The translations under genes and the position numbers were made by a program. A stretch of 58,549 bases of DNA, from positions 1 to 58,549 of the forward strand of contig CALRBD010000001.1 in assembly GCA_943353855.1 (NCBI GenBank), in the 5' to 3' direction. The notes under the pieces were generated by a model. The model was not told where the DNA came from. It ran no database searches and worked only from the letters and a program-made list of their open reading frames with translations. The stretch's first letter is position 1. Every line of letters starts with the position of its first letter. This DNA is from an uncultured Candidatus Saccharimonas sp. Its GTDB lineage: Bacteria > Patescibacteriota > Saccharimonadia > Saccharimonadales > AWTP1-31. Below, in pieces: positions 19,533 through 29,641 of the stretch.

Positions 19533-20774
19533 ATGGCCCACGCACTATCTCAATTGCTTGACGCTCATGAACCATTATTCACAATGGAGATGCAAGATCT
19601 CGAAAGAATAAGCGGCCATGCCTCAATTGATGTTAAATTGATTGCAGAAATATCTCAAAAAGTTCGAATGAAGATTAAAGAGCTTGGTCTTGATCCTGAC
19701 GATACAACAGCTAACGAGCTTTATCATGCACTTCAGGGACTCATGAAACTGCACAATGAATATCTAACTAAAGCGATCGGCTGTAAGTTAGATTCTGACC
19801 TAGATTCTCAGTGTAAAGCTATTAAAAAAGCAATCGAAAAGCTTAATATTCCAAAGACTTGCTGGGTAATGAAGCAAAGTGTTGCTAAAAAAATACTAAA
19901 AGCCTATCCGCCCAAAAAAGTAATGAAGTATCTTGGATATAAGTCTATTGATTCCATGATTAAGCGTGAGCCCATTATTGAACTGTATGCTGCTTGCCGG
20001 GTTATAGAAACCACTTCATGGCAAAACAATTTCATTAAGACCTACAAGAAACTAACCCCAAGTGACTTTGAACTACGTGAGATTAAGATTACTGTACTAA
20101 CAAAAGAACGCTGGAGTGCTGCCGCTGCTCCATACGTAAAGGCTTCAAGAAGTAATATTACGCACCTAAAAGAGCTCGGCGCAGTCGTCATCCTACCAAT
20201 AAATGTCGAGTATTTAAAAGGATCAGTTATAAGTATTATGTCTCTGGCAATATATTATATTGGAGAAATACGCTCATATAGTGCGTTTTTCAAGCTCCAT
20301 CAAGTACGTCCAGACTTTAGTACTGTAATTGTCGACACTATTCTTAAGGATCCTCCTACTAAAGCTAAATTAGCTGGTAAAGACATGCACTGGAGAATAA
20401 TACAAAGGCACTTCGGAAGTACTGAGCATATACAGGCAGAACTCTTTGAACCGCACGTACAAGTTGAAGATCTTTTTTGGCGCAAGGCAGAAGAAGTACT
20501 GTATAGGCTAGAACCAGCATTGAAATTCTGGGAAGACCTCGATTACGTCGGTTCATTCCGTACTGAAACTCCTGTATCTTTCAATATGATGGACAATGCA
20601 ATAAGTTTTTGTAACGGGCTATCTTTTGCAAAACGTTCTAATAATCACTTAAGACAAAGCCTTGTTAATGAACTGTATCTAAGATATCTTAAGCAACCGA
20701 CAGTCGAAGCGGTAATTCTTGAGCAATTAAACGATGATCTTTTCAGCGTCGATAACTTTCTAGGAGATATATAG
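19533..20774 (+). CDS. hypothetical soluble protein, 413 aa, no recognised domain
   Basis: Long uninterrupted ORF in the same orientation as its neighbours. The stop lies 1 nt before the next start, and the SD for the next gene is embedded in its 3' end. Confidence 0.6.
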   Translation: MAHALSQLLDAHEPLFTMEMQDLERISGHASIDVKLIAEISQKVRMKIKELGLDPDDTTANELYHALQGLMKLHNEYLTKAIGCKLDSDLDSQCKAIKKAIEKLNIPKTCWVMKQSVAKKILKAYPPKKVMKYLGYKSIDSMIKREPIIELYAACRVIETTSWQNNFIKTYKKLTPSDFELREIKITVLTKERWSAAAAPYVKASRSNITHLKELGAVVILPINVEYLKGSVISIMSLAIYYIGEIRSYSAFFKLHQVRPDFSTVIVDTILKDPPTKAKLAGKDMHWRIIQRHFGSTEHIQAELFEPHVQVEDLFWRKAEEVLYRLEPALKFWEDLDYVGSFRTETPVSFNMMDNAISFCNGLSFAKRSNNHLRQSLVNELYLRYLKQPTVEAVILEQLNDDLFSVDNFLGDI

Positions 20775-20775
20775 C

Positions 20776-21339
20776 ATGTATCAAATCTGTGTATCAGCGG
20801 CAGCAAAAGGTAAGACTGTTGAAGAAGCAAAAGAAATTGCCCGAGAAACAGGAGTTATATTAGCTGAAGCAGGACATACCTTAATGACTGGAGCCACGGT
20901 TGGCTTACCTAATACGGCCGCTATGAGCTATAAGAAAGCAAATGGCCACATGAGTCTGGGCATTAGCCCTGCTTCGAGCAAAATTGAGCACGTTATGAAG
21001 TATCGACTGCCAACTGAAGCATATGACGCTATTCTCTATTCTGGACTCCACTATATTGGACGCGATGCTCTATTAATTAACTCAAGTGATGCAGTCATTA
21101 GTATCGGTGGCCGGATTGGTACACTACATGAGTTTACGATTGCACTAGAATCAGGAACTCCGATTGGGTTTATTCAGGGAAGTGGAGGTATTAGCACCGA
21201 GATCATGGATATCCTGCATGCAGCGGGTCGCCATCAGGGTGACGATGTAGTTTTTGGTAAGACACCTCAGGAAGTCCTTGATGCACTCGTCGCTATACTC
21301 GATAAACGTAATAAGAAGTACTCCCATCTTTATAAATAG
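20776..21339 (+). CDS. LOG/TIGR00725-like Rossmann-fold nucleotide-binding protein
   Basis: LMTGATVGLP...SSDAVISIGGRIGTLHE resembles the GGxGxM ... GGxGTxxE pattern of the LOG/TIGR00725 family. GGAGA SD 8 nt upstream. Confidence 0.55.
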   Translation: MYQICVSAAAKGKTVEEAKEIARETGVILAEAGHTLMTGATVGLPNTAAMSYKKANGHMSLGISPASSKIEHVMKYRLPTEAYDAILYSGLHYIGRDALLINSSDAVISIGGRIGTLHEFTIALESGTPIGFIQGSGGISTEIMDILHAAGRHQGDDVVFGKTPQEVLDALVAILDKRNKKYSHLYK

Positions 21340-21345
21340 CCTTAC

Positions 21346-21354
21346 TGGTATAAT
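21346..21354 (+). promoter_or_regulatory. extended -10 promoter of uvrB (leaderless configuration)
   Basis: TGgTATAAT ending 7 nt before ATG 21362. Confidence 0.55.
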
Positions 21355-21361
21355 GTAGCTA

Positions 21362-23326
21362 ATGAATGCGTTTGAGATATCAAGTTCCTATAAGCCAGCA
21401 GGCGACCAGCCTGTTGCTATCGACTCACTAGTTAAGGGTCTAAAAAAGGGTCTAAAAGAACAGACACTACTCGGAGTTACCGGAAGCGGTAAAACTTTTA
21501 CTATGGCAAACGTTATTCAAGAGGTTCAAAAGCCAACACTTGTTCTCTGCCATAACAAAACCCTCGCCGCCCAACTATATGAAGAGTTTAGACGTTTCTT
21601 CCCTAATAATGCTGTTCACTATTTCGTGAGCTACTTTGATTATTATCAGCCAGAGGCTTATATCGCTCGCAGTGATACTTACATAGAAAAAGATAGTCAA
21701 ATTAATGAAGAGATAGATCGCTTAAGACATGCTGCCACTGACTCTTTGCTATCACGAAAAGACGTTATTATTATCGCTAGTGTCAGTTGTATATATGGTA
21801 TTGGTTCTGTTGAGGACTATGATGGTCTTGCAGTAACACTTAAAGTAGGTGAGCGTCGCTTGAGAGATAAGCTACTTAGACAGCTTACTGACATTCAATA
21901 TCAACGTAATGATATTGAATTTTCAAGGGGTGCATTTAGAGTTCGAGGAGACGTTGTCGATATCTTTCCAGCAGGTGAAGAAACAGCTTATCGAATTGAA
22001 TTTTTTGGTGACGAAATTGAAAAAATGACCGAGATTAATCCTCTCACTGGTGAAGTCATCAAGCAAAAAACAACACTCAAAATTTTTCCCAGTTCGCATT
22101 ACGTTACACCCTATAATAAGTTACAAGTAGCACTCGGTCATATTAAAAAAGAACTCGACAATCGACTTAAGTTTTTCAAAAAAAATAAGTTATTGCTTGA
22201 AGCGCAACGAATACAGCAACGTACAAATTTTGATATAGAAATGCTTGAAGAGACCGGTTTCGTAAAAGGAATCGAAAACTATAGTCGATATCTAACTAAT
22301 CGTGAGCCAGGCGAGCAGCCGGCTACTCTCCTTGATTATTACCCTGATGATTTCTTGATGTTCATTGATGAGTCGCACATGACTATTCCTCAGGTTCGCG
22401 GTATGTATAACGGAGACAGGGCACGCAAGGAAGTGCTAGTAGAACACGGCTTTCGTTTACCGAGTGCACTTGATAACCGTCCATTAACGTTCTCTGAATT
22501 TGAACGACACATTAATCAAGTTATATATGTTAGCGCAACTCCTGCTGAATACGAACTCTCACGTAGCCCTGAAGCCATACAGCAGATTATTCGACCCACA
22601 GGTCTGATTGACCCGGTTATCCAAATACGACCCGTTGCAGGGCAGGTGGACGATCTAATCGCTGAGATACGTGCAACTACAGCAAAACACCAGCGTGTAC
22701 TTGTTACGACGCTTACCAAGCGGATGAGTGAAGATCTCACTGACTATCTAAAAGAACTAAACATTAAAGTGGCTTATATACATAGCGACGTTGATACTTT
22801 GGATAGAACCGATATTCTGCGCGATCTAAGACTAGGTGTATACGACGTTATTGTGGGTATTAACCTACTTCGAGAAGGCCTAGATCTTCCAGAGGTCAGC
22901 CTGGTTGCTATACTCGACGCAGATAAAGAAGGGTTTTTACGAAGCCAACAGGCACTGACTCAAACTGTAGGTCGAGCTGCTAGGCATCAAGAAGGCCGGG
23001 TTATAATGTACGCTGATTCCATTACTGGCAGCATGAGTCGTACGATTAAGGAGACAGATAGACGCCGTACTATACAAGAAAAGTATAATAAAGATCATGG
23101 AGTAACACCCACAAGTATCTCTAAGAATATTGAAAAAAGCATGCGTCCTGATCTACCCGAAGAAGCAAAAACAGCTAAGCTTAATCTTAAGAAGATTCCA
23201 AAAGATGAATATAAGCACCTACTTAAAGACTTGTCAGCGCAAATGGATCTTGCAGCAGCTAACCTTGAATTTGAAAAAGCCGCTGAACTAAGAGATATCA
23301 TGGAGCAAATAAAAAAAGAACTATAG
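21362..23326 (+). CDS. uvrB: excinuclease ABC subunit B
   Basis: GVTGSGKTF Walker A, helicase motifs and a C-terminal UVR domain ([10 protein letters not shown]). Confidence 0.95.
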   Translation: MNAFEISSSYKPAGDQPVAIDSLVKGLKKGLKEQTLLGVTGSGKTFTMANVIQEVQKPTLVLCHNKTLAAQLYEEFRRFFPNNAVHYFVSYFDYYQPEAYIARSDTYIEKDSQINEEIDRLRHAATDSLLSRKDVIIIASVSCIYGIGSVEDYDGLAVTLKVGERRLRDKLLRQLTDIQYQRNDIEFSRGAFRVRGDVVDIFPAGEETAYRIEFFGDEIEKMTEINPLTGEVIKQKTTLKIFPSSHYVTPYNKLQVALGHIKKELDNRLKFFKKNKLLLEAQRIQQRTNFDIEMLEETGFVKGIENYSRYLTNREPGEQPATLLDYYPDDFLMFIDESHMTIPQVRGMYNGDRARKEVLVEHGFRLPSALDNRPLTFSEFERHINQVIYVSATPAEYELSRSPEAIQQIIRPTGLIDPVIQIRPVAGQVDDLIAEIRATTAKHQRVLVTTLTKRMSEDLTDYLKELNIKVAYIHSDVDTLDRTDILRDLRLGVYDVIVGINLLREGLDLPEVSLVAILDADKEGFLRSQQALTQTVGRAARHQEGRVIMYADSITGSMSRTIKETDRRRTIQEKYNKDHGVTPTSISKNIEKSMRPDLPEEAKTAKLNLKKIPKDEYKHLLKDLSAQMDLAAANLEFEKAAELRDIMEQIKKEL

Positions 23327-23330
23327 ACAC

Positions 23331-24383
23331 TTACTGGCCTAAGTGCACTTTATGAAAATCAATAGAATCAGCTTGTCTTGAACCGCAATGTTCCATTTCA
23401 ATAAGCAAGGCGAAAATACGCTTATCTATATGCTCTAGTGTCTTTGAATGCGCGATGGTTAGATGGGCGCCTTCAATTCTTTCGATCCGTACATTTTGGT
23501 AATCCGCATAAATATCTTCCCAGACGTGTGGCATGCTAGCAAAGTCATCATGAAAGGTTGTTATGTGCATATTTTGTTCTTTGGGTATGAGACTGGCTAG
23601 TTCGCCAGATTCACCACTAAATAATGTCGGTCCAGCTAGTATGTTATTGATAATTGCTTTCGGATGGGCATCTAATGACGCGGGATAATGTACCATGTTG
23701 CGAAGAGAAATACTGCCGACTAATTTTGCAAACTCCCAGGGCTCTTGAGCTATTTGTTTCAGTAGGTCAGGTGTTTTAGCTATTGAAAATTTTTGAGGAA
23801 AACATGGTGCCGTAAGATCAGCGTAGGGAATGTTCCTTTTGTAGAGGTCTGCCAATGCAAGGACGCCTTTACCTACCATGGCGCCACGGGACTCTCCTAA
23901 AAGAATCATATCTTCAGTCTCTAAGTGCAATTTATCACTATTGCTTTGTACAGTATCTAATATCTTATGCATATGGTGAGCTGCACGAAGTAACGAATGT
24001 TCCTGTAAGCTTTGCATGCGGGCAGTAAAGGGCACTTTATCAGGATTCCTGTAACTTCCTTCAATACCAATCGCAATGCCAGATACTCCCAACCTCATAA
24101 AATGCTCAATTGTATGCCTGTTATGTCCACGAGTACTTGTCCACCATGCCGGTGTCAATCCTATGGAAACATCAGTAATAGGTTCATGCGCTACTGCCCT
24201 TAAGACAGCGTAGGCGGTACTATCTTTCATGATAACAGCGTCAGAGTGTAGGGTCCCGGTCGCGTGATAATCGGGAAGATCAATATCGGGAATGTATTCT
24301 TGTACGGCTGAAGTGAACTTTAAGGACTCAAATGAATTTTGAACATTTATCGCTATATCTTTGTGATTATTTTGAGCAGTCAT
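23331..24383 (-). CDS. hypothetical protein, probable alpha/beta-fold hydrolase
   Basis: GESRG nucleophile-elbow pattern (GxSxG) mid-protein and a C-terminal His (EGAHLTIAH). Family not recognised. Confidence 0.4.
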   Translation of the reverse strand: MTAQNNHKDIAINVQNSFESLKFTSAVQEYIPDIDLPDYHATGTLHSDAVIMKDSTAYAVLRAVAHEPITDVSIGLTPAWWTSTRGHNRHTIEHFMRLGVSGIAIGIEGSYRNPDKVPFTARMQSLQEHSLLRAAHHMHKILDTVQSNSDKLHLETEDMILLGESRGAMVGKGVLALADLYKRNIPYADLTAPCFPQKFSIAKTPDLLKQIAQEPWEFAKLVGSISLRNMVHYPASLDAHPKAIINNILAGPTLFSGESGELASLIPKEQNMHITTFHDDFASMPHVWEDIYADYQNVRIERIEGAHLTIAHSKTLEHIDKRIFALLIEMEHCGSRQADSIDFHKVHLGQ

Positions 24384-24462
24384 ACTAGATAATCCAAACT
24401 TCTAATGCTAGAGTCATGTTATTACTCTAGAGTTCATCTGTAAAGTTTTTTTTACTTTGATG

Positions 24463-24468
24463 TATAAT
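24463..24468 (+). promoter_or_regulatory. -10 box of gatC (leaderless configuration)
   Basis: TATAAT preceded by TG, ending 6 nt before ATG 24475. Confidence 0.5.
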
Positions 24469-24474
24469 AGTGAG

Positions 24475-24765
24475 ATGGTAAACCTCACACGTAAAGATGT
24501 GCATCGACTTGCGATGCTCTCTAAAATAACAATTGCTGAAGATGAAATTGCACAAATGCAAAATGATTTGGACTCCGTTCTGGCTTATGTTGAGAAACTC
24601 CAGGATGTTGTTACATCTAATCTAGAGCCGACTAACCAGGTGACTGGACTCACTAATATTATGCGAAATGACGAGGTTATAGATTATGGGATGAGTCAAG
24701 AGGCCCTTCTTTCTAACGTACCAGAAGTTGAAAAAAACTATATTAAAACAAAGCGCGTACTATGA
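24475..24765 (+). CDS. gatC: Asp-tRNA(Asn)/Glu-tRNA(Gln) amidotransferase subunit C
   Basis: Size, position before gatA and an LAMLSKI...E...L..VL.YVEKL pattern. ATG 24475 is chosen because TATAAT sits at 24463-24468. Confidence 0.85.
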   Translation: MVNLTRKDVHRLAMLSKITIAEDEIAQMQNDLDSVLAYVEKLQDVVTSNLEPTNQVTGLTNIMRNDEVIDYGMSQEALLSNVPEVEKNYIKTKRVL

Positions 24766-26198
24766 ACAGTAAATGGCTGCCAATTAATGAAATAGCTGAA
24801 AAAGTAAACAATGGAAGTTTGCGAGCCGCTGATCTTGTAGATCAAGCACTTAAGACTATTGAACAGAACACTGAATATAATGCGATCATAGTTACTACTG
24901 CAGATCGAGCACGCGAAAGAGCCTCACAAATAGATAAGCTAATTAAATCTGGTAGTAAGGCTGGAATGCTCGCCGGTGTTCCATTCATAGCAAAAGATAA
25001 TTTTTTAGTTTTTGGATCTGAGACGACTGCAGCTAGCAACATCCTTAAAGGCTTCAATGCTCCTTATCAGGCTACAGTTATAGAAAAACTAGAGGCTGCT
25101 GGTGCTATTTGTGTAGCAAAAGCTAACCTAGACGCCTTTGGACATGGCGGTAGTACAGAAAATAGCGATTTTGGACCAACCCTAAACCCTCATGATAAGA
25201 CTAAAGTTCCAGGTGGTTCTTCTGGCGGGTCTGCTGCAGCTGTAGTTCTGGAGATGGCCCCATTCGCTCTGGGAACAGACACTGGAGGCTCAAGCCGTCA
25301 GCCCGCAAGCTTTAGCGGTTGCGTTGGATACAAACCCACATACGGGCTTATGAGCCGAAGTGGTATCATCGCAATGGCAAGTAGCACTGACACTGTTGGT
25401 GTTCTTGGCCGTGACGTTTCGGACGTTGCCTATGTTACTGAATGTATAAGCGGTAAAGATCCACTAGATAGTACTACAATTGAGAGTAACCCTGCTGGCT
25501 ATATGATAGATAAGCCGATTAAGGATCTTAAGGGTATAAAAATAGGACTTGTTTCTGAATATATGACAGATGGAGTTGATGAAGGAGTAAAGAACAGTAT
25601 TAAAGATACCGCAAAGAAGCTTGAATCTCTTGGTGCTGAAGTAATTCCAGTAAGTATTCCAAGCTTATCTTTAGCACTCGCTGTCTACTATATTTTAGTC
25701 CCTGCAGAAATTAGTAGTAACCTTAGTCGTTACGACGGGCAACGATTTGGATATAGTGACCCTAACGCAAAGGATCTTGATGAAAGCTATACTAATTCTC
25801 GAACCAGAGGCTTTGGAAAAGAAGCAAAACGACGAATAATGATAGGTACTCATGTATTGAGTAGCGGCTACTACGAAGCGTATTATAAAAAGGCTCAACT
25901 AGTCCGTACTAAAATCATTAATGAAGTACAGAAAACATTCGAGTCAGTAGACTACCTAATCGGACCTGCTGCTCCAACTACGGCATTCGAGCTAGGCAGC
26001 AGCACAAATGACCCTCTACAGATGTATCTCGCAGATATAATGACAGTCGGCGCCAGTCTTACTGGTATCCCAGCTATTGTTATACCTGCTGGAACTGTTT
26101 CAGGTATGCCTGTAGGCTTACAGATAATGTCCCCACAAAAGTCAGATAAATCACTACTCGAAGTTGCTCAATTAGCACAGAAAGAAATAAACAAATGA
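24762..26198 (+). CDS. gatA: Asp-tRNA(Asn)/Glu-tRNA(Gln) amidotransferase subunit A
   Basis: Amidase signature GGSSGGSAAAV and TDTGGSSRQPA. Confidence 0.93.
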   Translation: MNSKWLPINEIAEKVNNGSLRAADLVDQALKTIEQNTEYNAIIVTTADRARERASQIDKLIKSGSKAGMLAGVPFIAKDNFLVFGSETTAASNILKGFNAPYQATVIEKLEAAGAICVAKANLDAFGHGGSTENSDFGPTLNPHDKTKVPGGSSGGSAAAVVLEMAPFALGTDTGGSSRQPASFSGCVGYKPTYGLMSRSGIIAMASSTDTVGVLGRDVSDVAYVTECISGKDPLDSTTIESNPAGYMIDKPIKDLKGIKIGLVSEYMTDGVDEGVKNSIKDTAKKLESLGAEVIPVSIPSLSLALAVYYILVPAEISSNLSRYDGQRFGYSDPNAKDLDESYTNSRTRGFGKEAKRRIMIGTHVLSSGYYEAYYKKAQLVRTKIINEVQKTFESVDYLIGPAAPTTAFELGSSTNDPLQMYLADIMTVGASLTGIPAIVIPAGTVSGMPVGLQIMSPQKSDKSLLEVAQLAQKEINK

Positions 26199-26539
26199 AA
26201 TTACTACCAACACGTAAAATAAATCAGAATAAATTCAAGGAAAAGTGGGTTGAACTACAAGCTTACTGTAAGACCAAGAATACTTGGGGCCTTGCTTTAA
26301 TTAACGCCGATAAACTTCTTGACGAGGCATTAAAAAAGAAAAGATTTAAAGGTAAAAGTATGGGCGAACGCCTAGTTGATGCTCAAAGAGTATTGACAAA
26401 TAATGACGCCATTTGGTTTGCTCATAATCTAGCCAAGAAAGCCGTTAATGACAGCACTATGAAATTGAAGGAAACTGATGTTAAGAAATCACTTGTAGGA
26501 TTTAGGCAAGCATTACGAGATTTAGGAGCTTTAGAGTAG
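26195..26539 (+). CDS. hypothetical basic helical protein encoded between gatA and gatB
   Basis: 114-aa ORF with an ATGA overlap with gatA. Its stop lies 1 nt before the gatB ATG. No motif recognised. Confidence 0.55.
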   Translation: MKLLPTRKINQNKFKEKWVELQAYCKTKNTWGLALINADKLLDEALKKKRFKGKSMGERLVDAQRVLTNNDAIWFAHNLAKKAVNDSTMKLKETDVKKSLVGFRQALRDLGALE

Positions 26540-26540
26540 C

Positions 26541-28022
26541 ATGGCAAAAGTTTCAAAGGAAATAAGAGACAAGTATTCCGTTACTATAGGTATTGAATGT
26601 CATGTCCAGCTAAAAACTAACACTAAGCTGTTTGCAGGAGTTAGTAATGATGCTCGGGGTGCAGCACCAAATACGCTTATTAGTCACATATGCATGGGTC
26701 TTCCTGGAGCTTTACCTGTAGTAAATGCCCGCGCTATTGAACTTGCAAGTCGCGCAGCCTTTGCACTTAAATCTACTCCTTCTGCTTTTAGCACATTTGA
26801 TCGCAAGCATTATTTTTATCCCGACTTACCTATGGGATATCAGATTACCCAGTTTTATGACCCGATTGTTGTTGGCGGTAAGGTGCATACGAATGTTGAC
26901 GGTACGCCGCATGTAGTTAGTATTACTCGCGCTCATCTTGAAGCTGATGCCGGTAAAAATACTCATCCGGCAGGCGCAGACTATAGCCTAGTTGATCTTA
27001 ACCGTGCAGGGACTCCTCTTTTAGAAATCGTCTCTGATCCTGATATTCATAGCCCTGCTGAGGCTCGTGCTTATGCTCATGAACTATATCTACTTATGAA
27101 GTATGCCGATGTATCTGACGCTGACTTATTCCACGGCAACATGAGATTTGATGTGAACGTAAGTGTTAGCATGACAGATGAACTAGGTACCCGAACTGAG
27201 ACAAAGAACTTAAACTCTTTCAAAAGCGTAGAGAAAGCAGCAGAATATGAAATCAATCGACAGATAGGGTTGCTCGAACAAGGTGTAAAAATTGATCAAG
27301 AAACTCGTGGCTGGGATGATGGATCTCAGAAGACAACAAGCCAGAGAGGAAAAGAACAGGCACACGACTATCGCTATATGCCTGATCCTGACTTACCTCC
27401 AATTGAGTTAAGCGAAGATTTTATTGCACGCATAAAGGAAACTCTCCCAATGATGCCTGATGAGTGGCGATCTAAACTAGCTGGGCTTGGATTAGATGTT
27501 AGTCAGATTTCCGTATTGCTTGAAGCTGAAGTAGACAACTCTAATGTTGAGTATCTGCTAATTCTAAAAAATAATCTAAGCAATAAAAACTATGCCAAAC
27601 AGCTTGCAAATTGGTTTGTTAACATTGAAATACCTTACAGAAGAGATGAGGCCAATAACCCACGTATTCTAGCACCTCAAAAACCAAAACTGTATAAGGC
27701 CGTTTATGATATGGTTGAGGCAAATAAGTTAAGCTCAACTTCTGCAAGAAATCTGATTCAACTATTACTCGATCACGAAGAACTGCCAGACAATATTGAG
27801 CAGTATGCTACAGATCAAGGGCTTGTCCAGGTTTCCAATACAGATGAACTTGAGAAAATAGCAGATACAGTCATTGAAGACAATTCGCAGGCCGTTGCTG
27901 ATATCAAAAGTGGTGAGATGAAAGCTCTTGGTTTCCTCGTTGGACAGATGATGAAGCTCTCAAAAGGTAAGGCTAACCCATCAATTGCCCAGGAAATACT
28001 TAAGAATAAGATCCTTTCATAA
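26541..28022 (+). CDS. gatB: Asp-tRNA(Asn)/Glu-tRNA(Gln) amidotransferase subunit B
   Basis: IGIECHVQL, HLEADAGK and a C-terminal YqeY-like tail (ALGFLVGQMMK). Confidence 0.93.
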   Translation: MAKVSKEIRDKYSVTIGIECHVQLKTNTKLFAGVSNDARGAAPNTLISHICMGLPGALPVVNARAIELASRAAFALKSTPSAFSTFDRKHYFYPDLPMGYQITQFYDPIVVGGKVHTNVDGTPHVVSITRAHLEADAGKNTHPAGADYSLVDLNRAGTPLLEIVSDPDIHSPAEARAYAHELYLLMKYADVSDADLFHGNMRFDVNVSVSMTDELGTRTETKNLNSFKSVEKAAEYEINRQIGLLEQGVKIDQETRGWDDGSQKTTSQRGKEQAHDYRYMPDPDLPPIELSEDFIARIKETLPMMPDEWRSKLAGLGLDVSQISVLLEAEVDNSNVEYLLILKNNLSNKNYAKQLANWFVNIEIPYRRDEANNPRILAPQKPKLYKAVYDMVEANKLSSTSARNLIQLLLDHEELPDNIEQYATDQGLVQVSNTDELEKIADTVIEDNSQAVADIKSGEMKALGFLVGQMMKLSKGKANPSIAQEILKNKILS

Positions 28023-28046
28023 AGCCTTAGATTTTTAATCATAAGC

Positions 28047-28055
28047 TGGTAGAAT
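28047..28055 (+). promoter_or_regulatory. extended -10 promoter of galU (leaderless configuration)
   Basis: TGgTAGAAT ending 6 nt before ATG 28062. Confidence 0.55.
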
Positions 28056-28061
28056 AAGCTT

Positions 28062-28952
28062 ATGCATAACAAGCCAGTACGAAAAGCAGTTATAGCTGCA
28101 GCAGGTTTTGGAACTCGTTTCCTCCCACAAACAAAAGCATTACCTAAAGAGATGCTGCCTCTAGTAGACAAGCCAATCATTCAATATATTGTCGAAGAGC
28201 TTGTTGAAGCAGGTATTGAGGACATTGTTATAGTAACTGGATATCATAAGAGATCTATTGAAGATCATTTTGACAATATGAGCGCAGAGCTTAGAAATAA
28301 CCTTAAACAGTCCAATAAACTCGAGCTACTAGAAGAAACAAAAAAGATATCTAATCTTGCGAACTTTGCATATATAAGGCAGAAAGGTCCTTACGGTAAT
28401 GCAACTCCAGTTTTGAACGCTGAACATCTAGTTGGTGACGAACCTTTTATTTATACCTTTGCAGATGATTTTATCGTCTCATCACCATCAAGATTCAAAC
28501 AAATGATCGAAGTTTACAAAGAATATAACAGTAGCGTTCTTACCTGTATTCCAGTTACTAAGGACGCTGATTATAGCCGTTATGGAATAGTTGCCGGTTC
28601 AGAAATTAAACCAGGACTACTTCAGATGTCGACTATTATTGAAAAACCAGGTAAAGAAAATGCTCCAAGTAATCTTGCAAGTGTTAGTGGCTATCTTCTT
28701 ACTCCAGAAATATTCAGATACCTTCATCTTGCAAAAGAGACAAAACCTGAAGATGCCGAATTCTATATTCAACCGGCTATGCAGATGCTGATAGAAGACG
28801 GGGGCCAGATAGTCGCATATGAAGTCGAAAATGGTACATACTACGATACTGGCAATAAGCTCGAGTATTTAAAAACAGTTGTCGACTTTGCACTTAAACA
28901 TGAAGATATAAAAGACGATTTTATGGAGCATTTACGATCTAAACTAGAATAA
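28062..28952 (+). CDS. galU: UTP--glucose-1-phosphate uridylyltransferase
   Basis: AAGFGTRFLPQTKALPKEMLPLVDKP N-terminal signature. Confidence 0.9.
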   Translation: MHNKPVRKAVIAAAGFGTRFLPQTKALPKEMLPLVDKPIIQYIVEELVEAGIEDIVIVTGYHKRSIEDHFDNMSAELRNNLKQSNKLELLEETKKISNLANFAYIRQKGPYGNATPVLNAEHLVGDEPFIYTFADDFIVSSPSRFKQMIEVYKEYNSSVLTCIPVTKDADYSRYGIVAGSEIKPGLLQMSTIIEKPGKENAPSNLASVSGYLLTPEIFRYLHLAKETKPEDAEFYIQPAMQMLIEDGGQIVAYEVENGTYYDTGNKLEYLKTVVDFALKHEDIKDDFMEHLRSKLE

Positions 28953-28979
28953 AGGTAACTTTTCAGTATAATGATCAAT

Positions 28980-29234
28980 ATGGACATAACTCGGAGCGAA
29001 CAGATATTAGTAATTATTCTTGCATCTACCCTTGCTATACTCTTAATCTTAGCTATCATAGCTACAATCAAGTTCATTCAAGTGCTTAGTGATATTAAGC
29101 GTATTACTAAAAAAACAAGCGACATGGCCGATAAGGCTGAGTCCATGATAGGTAATATTCAAACGACCACTGCATCTATTAAGATCGTACAACTGCTTAC
29201 GTCACTATTTAATAAGACAGATAGAAAAAAATGA
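28980..29234 (+). CDS. small membrane protein, DUF948-like
   Basis: One TM helix followed by an amphipathic helix. Pairing with a YtxH-like gene is known from Firmicutes. ATG 28980 is preferred because TATAAT (28967-28972) overlaps the ATG at 28971. Confidence 0.5.
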   Translation: MDITRSEQILVIILASTLAILLILAIIATIKFIQVLSDIKRITKKTSDMADKAESMIGNIQTTTASIKIVQLLTSLFNKTDRKK

Positions 29235-29641
29235 AAAAAAATTCCCGTAACTTAATCATAGGTGCAGCAGCTTTAGGCGCAGTTAGCTATATTGCAGGAA
29301 TTCTTACCGCACCAAAAAAAGGTAGCGAAACAATTGAAGATATACGCCATGCATCAGTTAAGGCTAAGATAAGCATGGAAAAATCGTTAAAAAAACTATA
29401 TGCTGACTCATCTAAGCAAATAGAACGAGCATTATGCGTAAACCATAATTTAACAGCTCAAACTAAAAAAGAACTTGATCTAATGGTATCTGCTCTTAAG
29501 AATATAAAAGAATCCATTAAGAATTATCTTACTTCCATTCGTGATGGCGACATTGAAGAAAACGAAATTACATTGCTCTTAACAGACGGTCGTAATAATA
29601 CACAGCGGCTGAAACTCTTTATCGATACCCTTGAAAAGTAA
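29231..29641 (+). CDS. YtxH-domain membrane protein
   Basis: N-terminal LIIGAAALGAVSYIAGILTAPKKGSETIEDI is typical of YtxH, followed by a helical tail. ATGA overlap with the upstream gene. Confidence 0.6.
   Translation: MKKNSRNLIIGAAALGAVSYIAGILTAPKKGSETIEDIRHASVKAKISMEKSLKKLYADSSKQIERALCVNHNLTAQTKKELDLMVSALKNIKESIKNYLTSIRDGDIEENEITLLLTDGRNNTQRLKLFIDTLEK

Noticed and set aside
29225-29241. A7-TG-A8 homopolymer tracts at the DUF948-like/YtxH gene junction as a slipped-strand phase-variation switch.
   Set aside because: Tracts of 7-8 A are common in this AT-rich sequence (for example 33105-33112 and 51183-51190, both inside essential genes). They are short for efficient phase variation.
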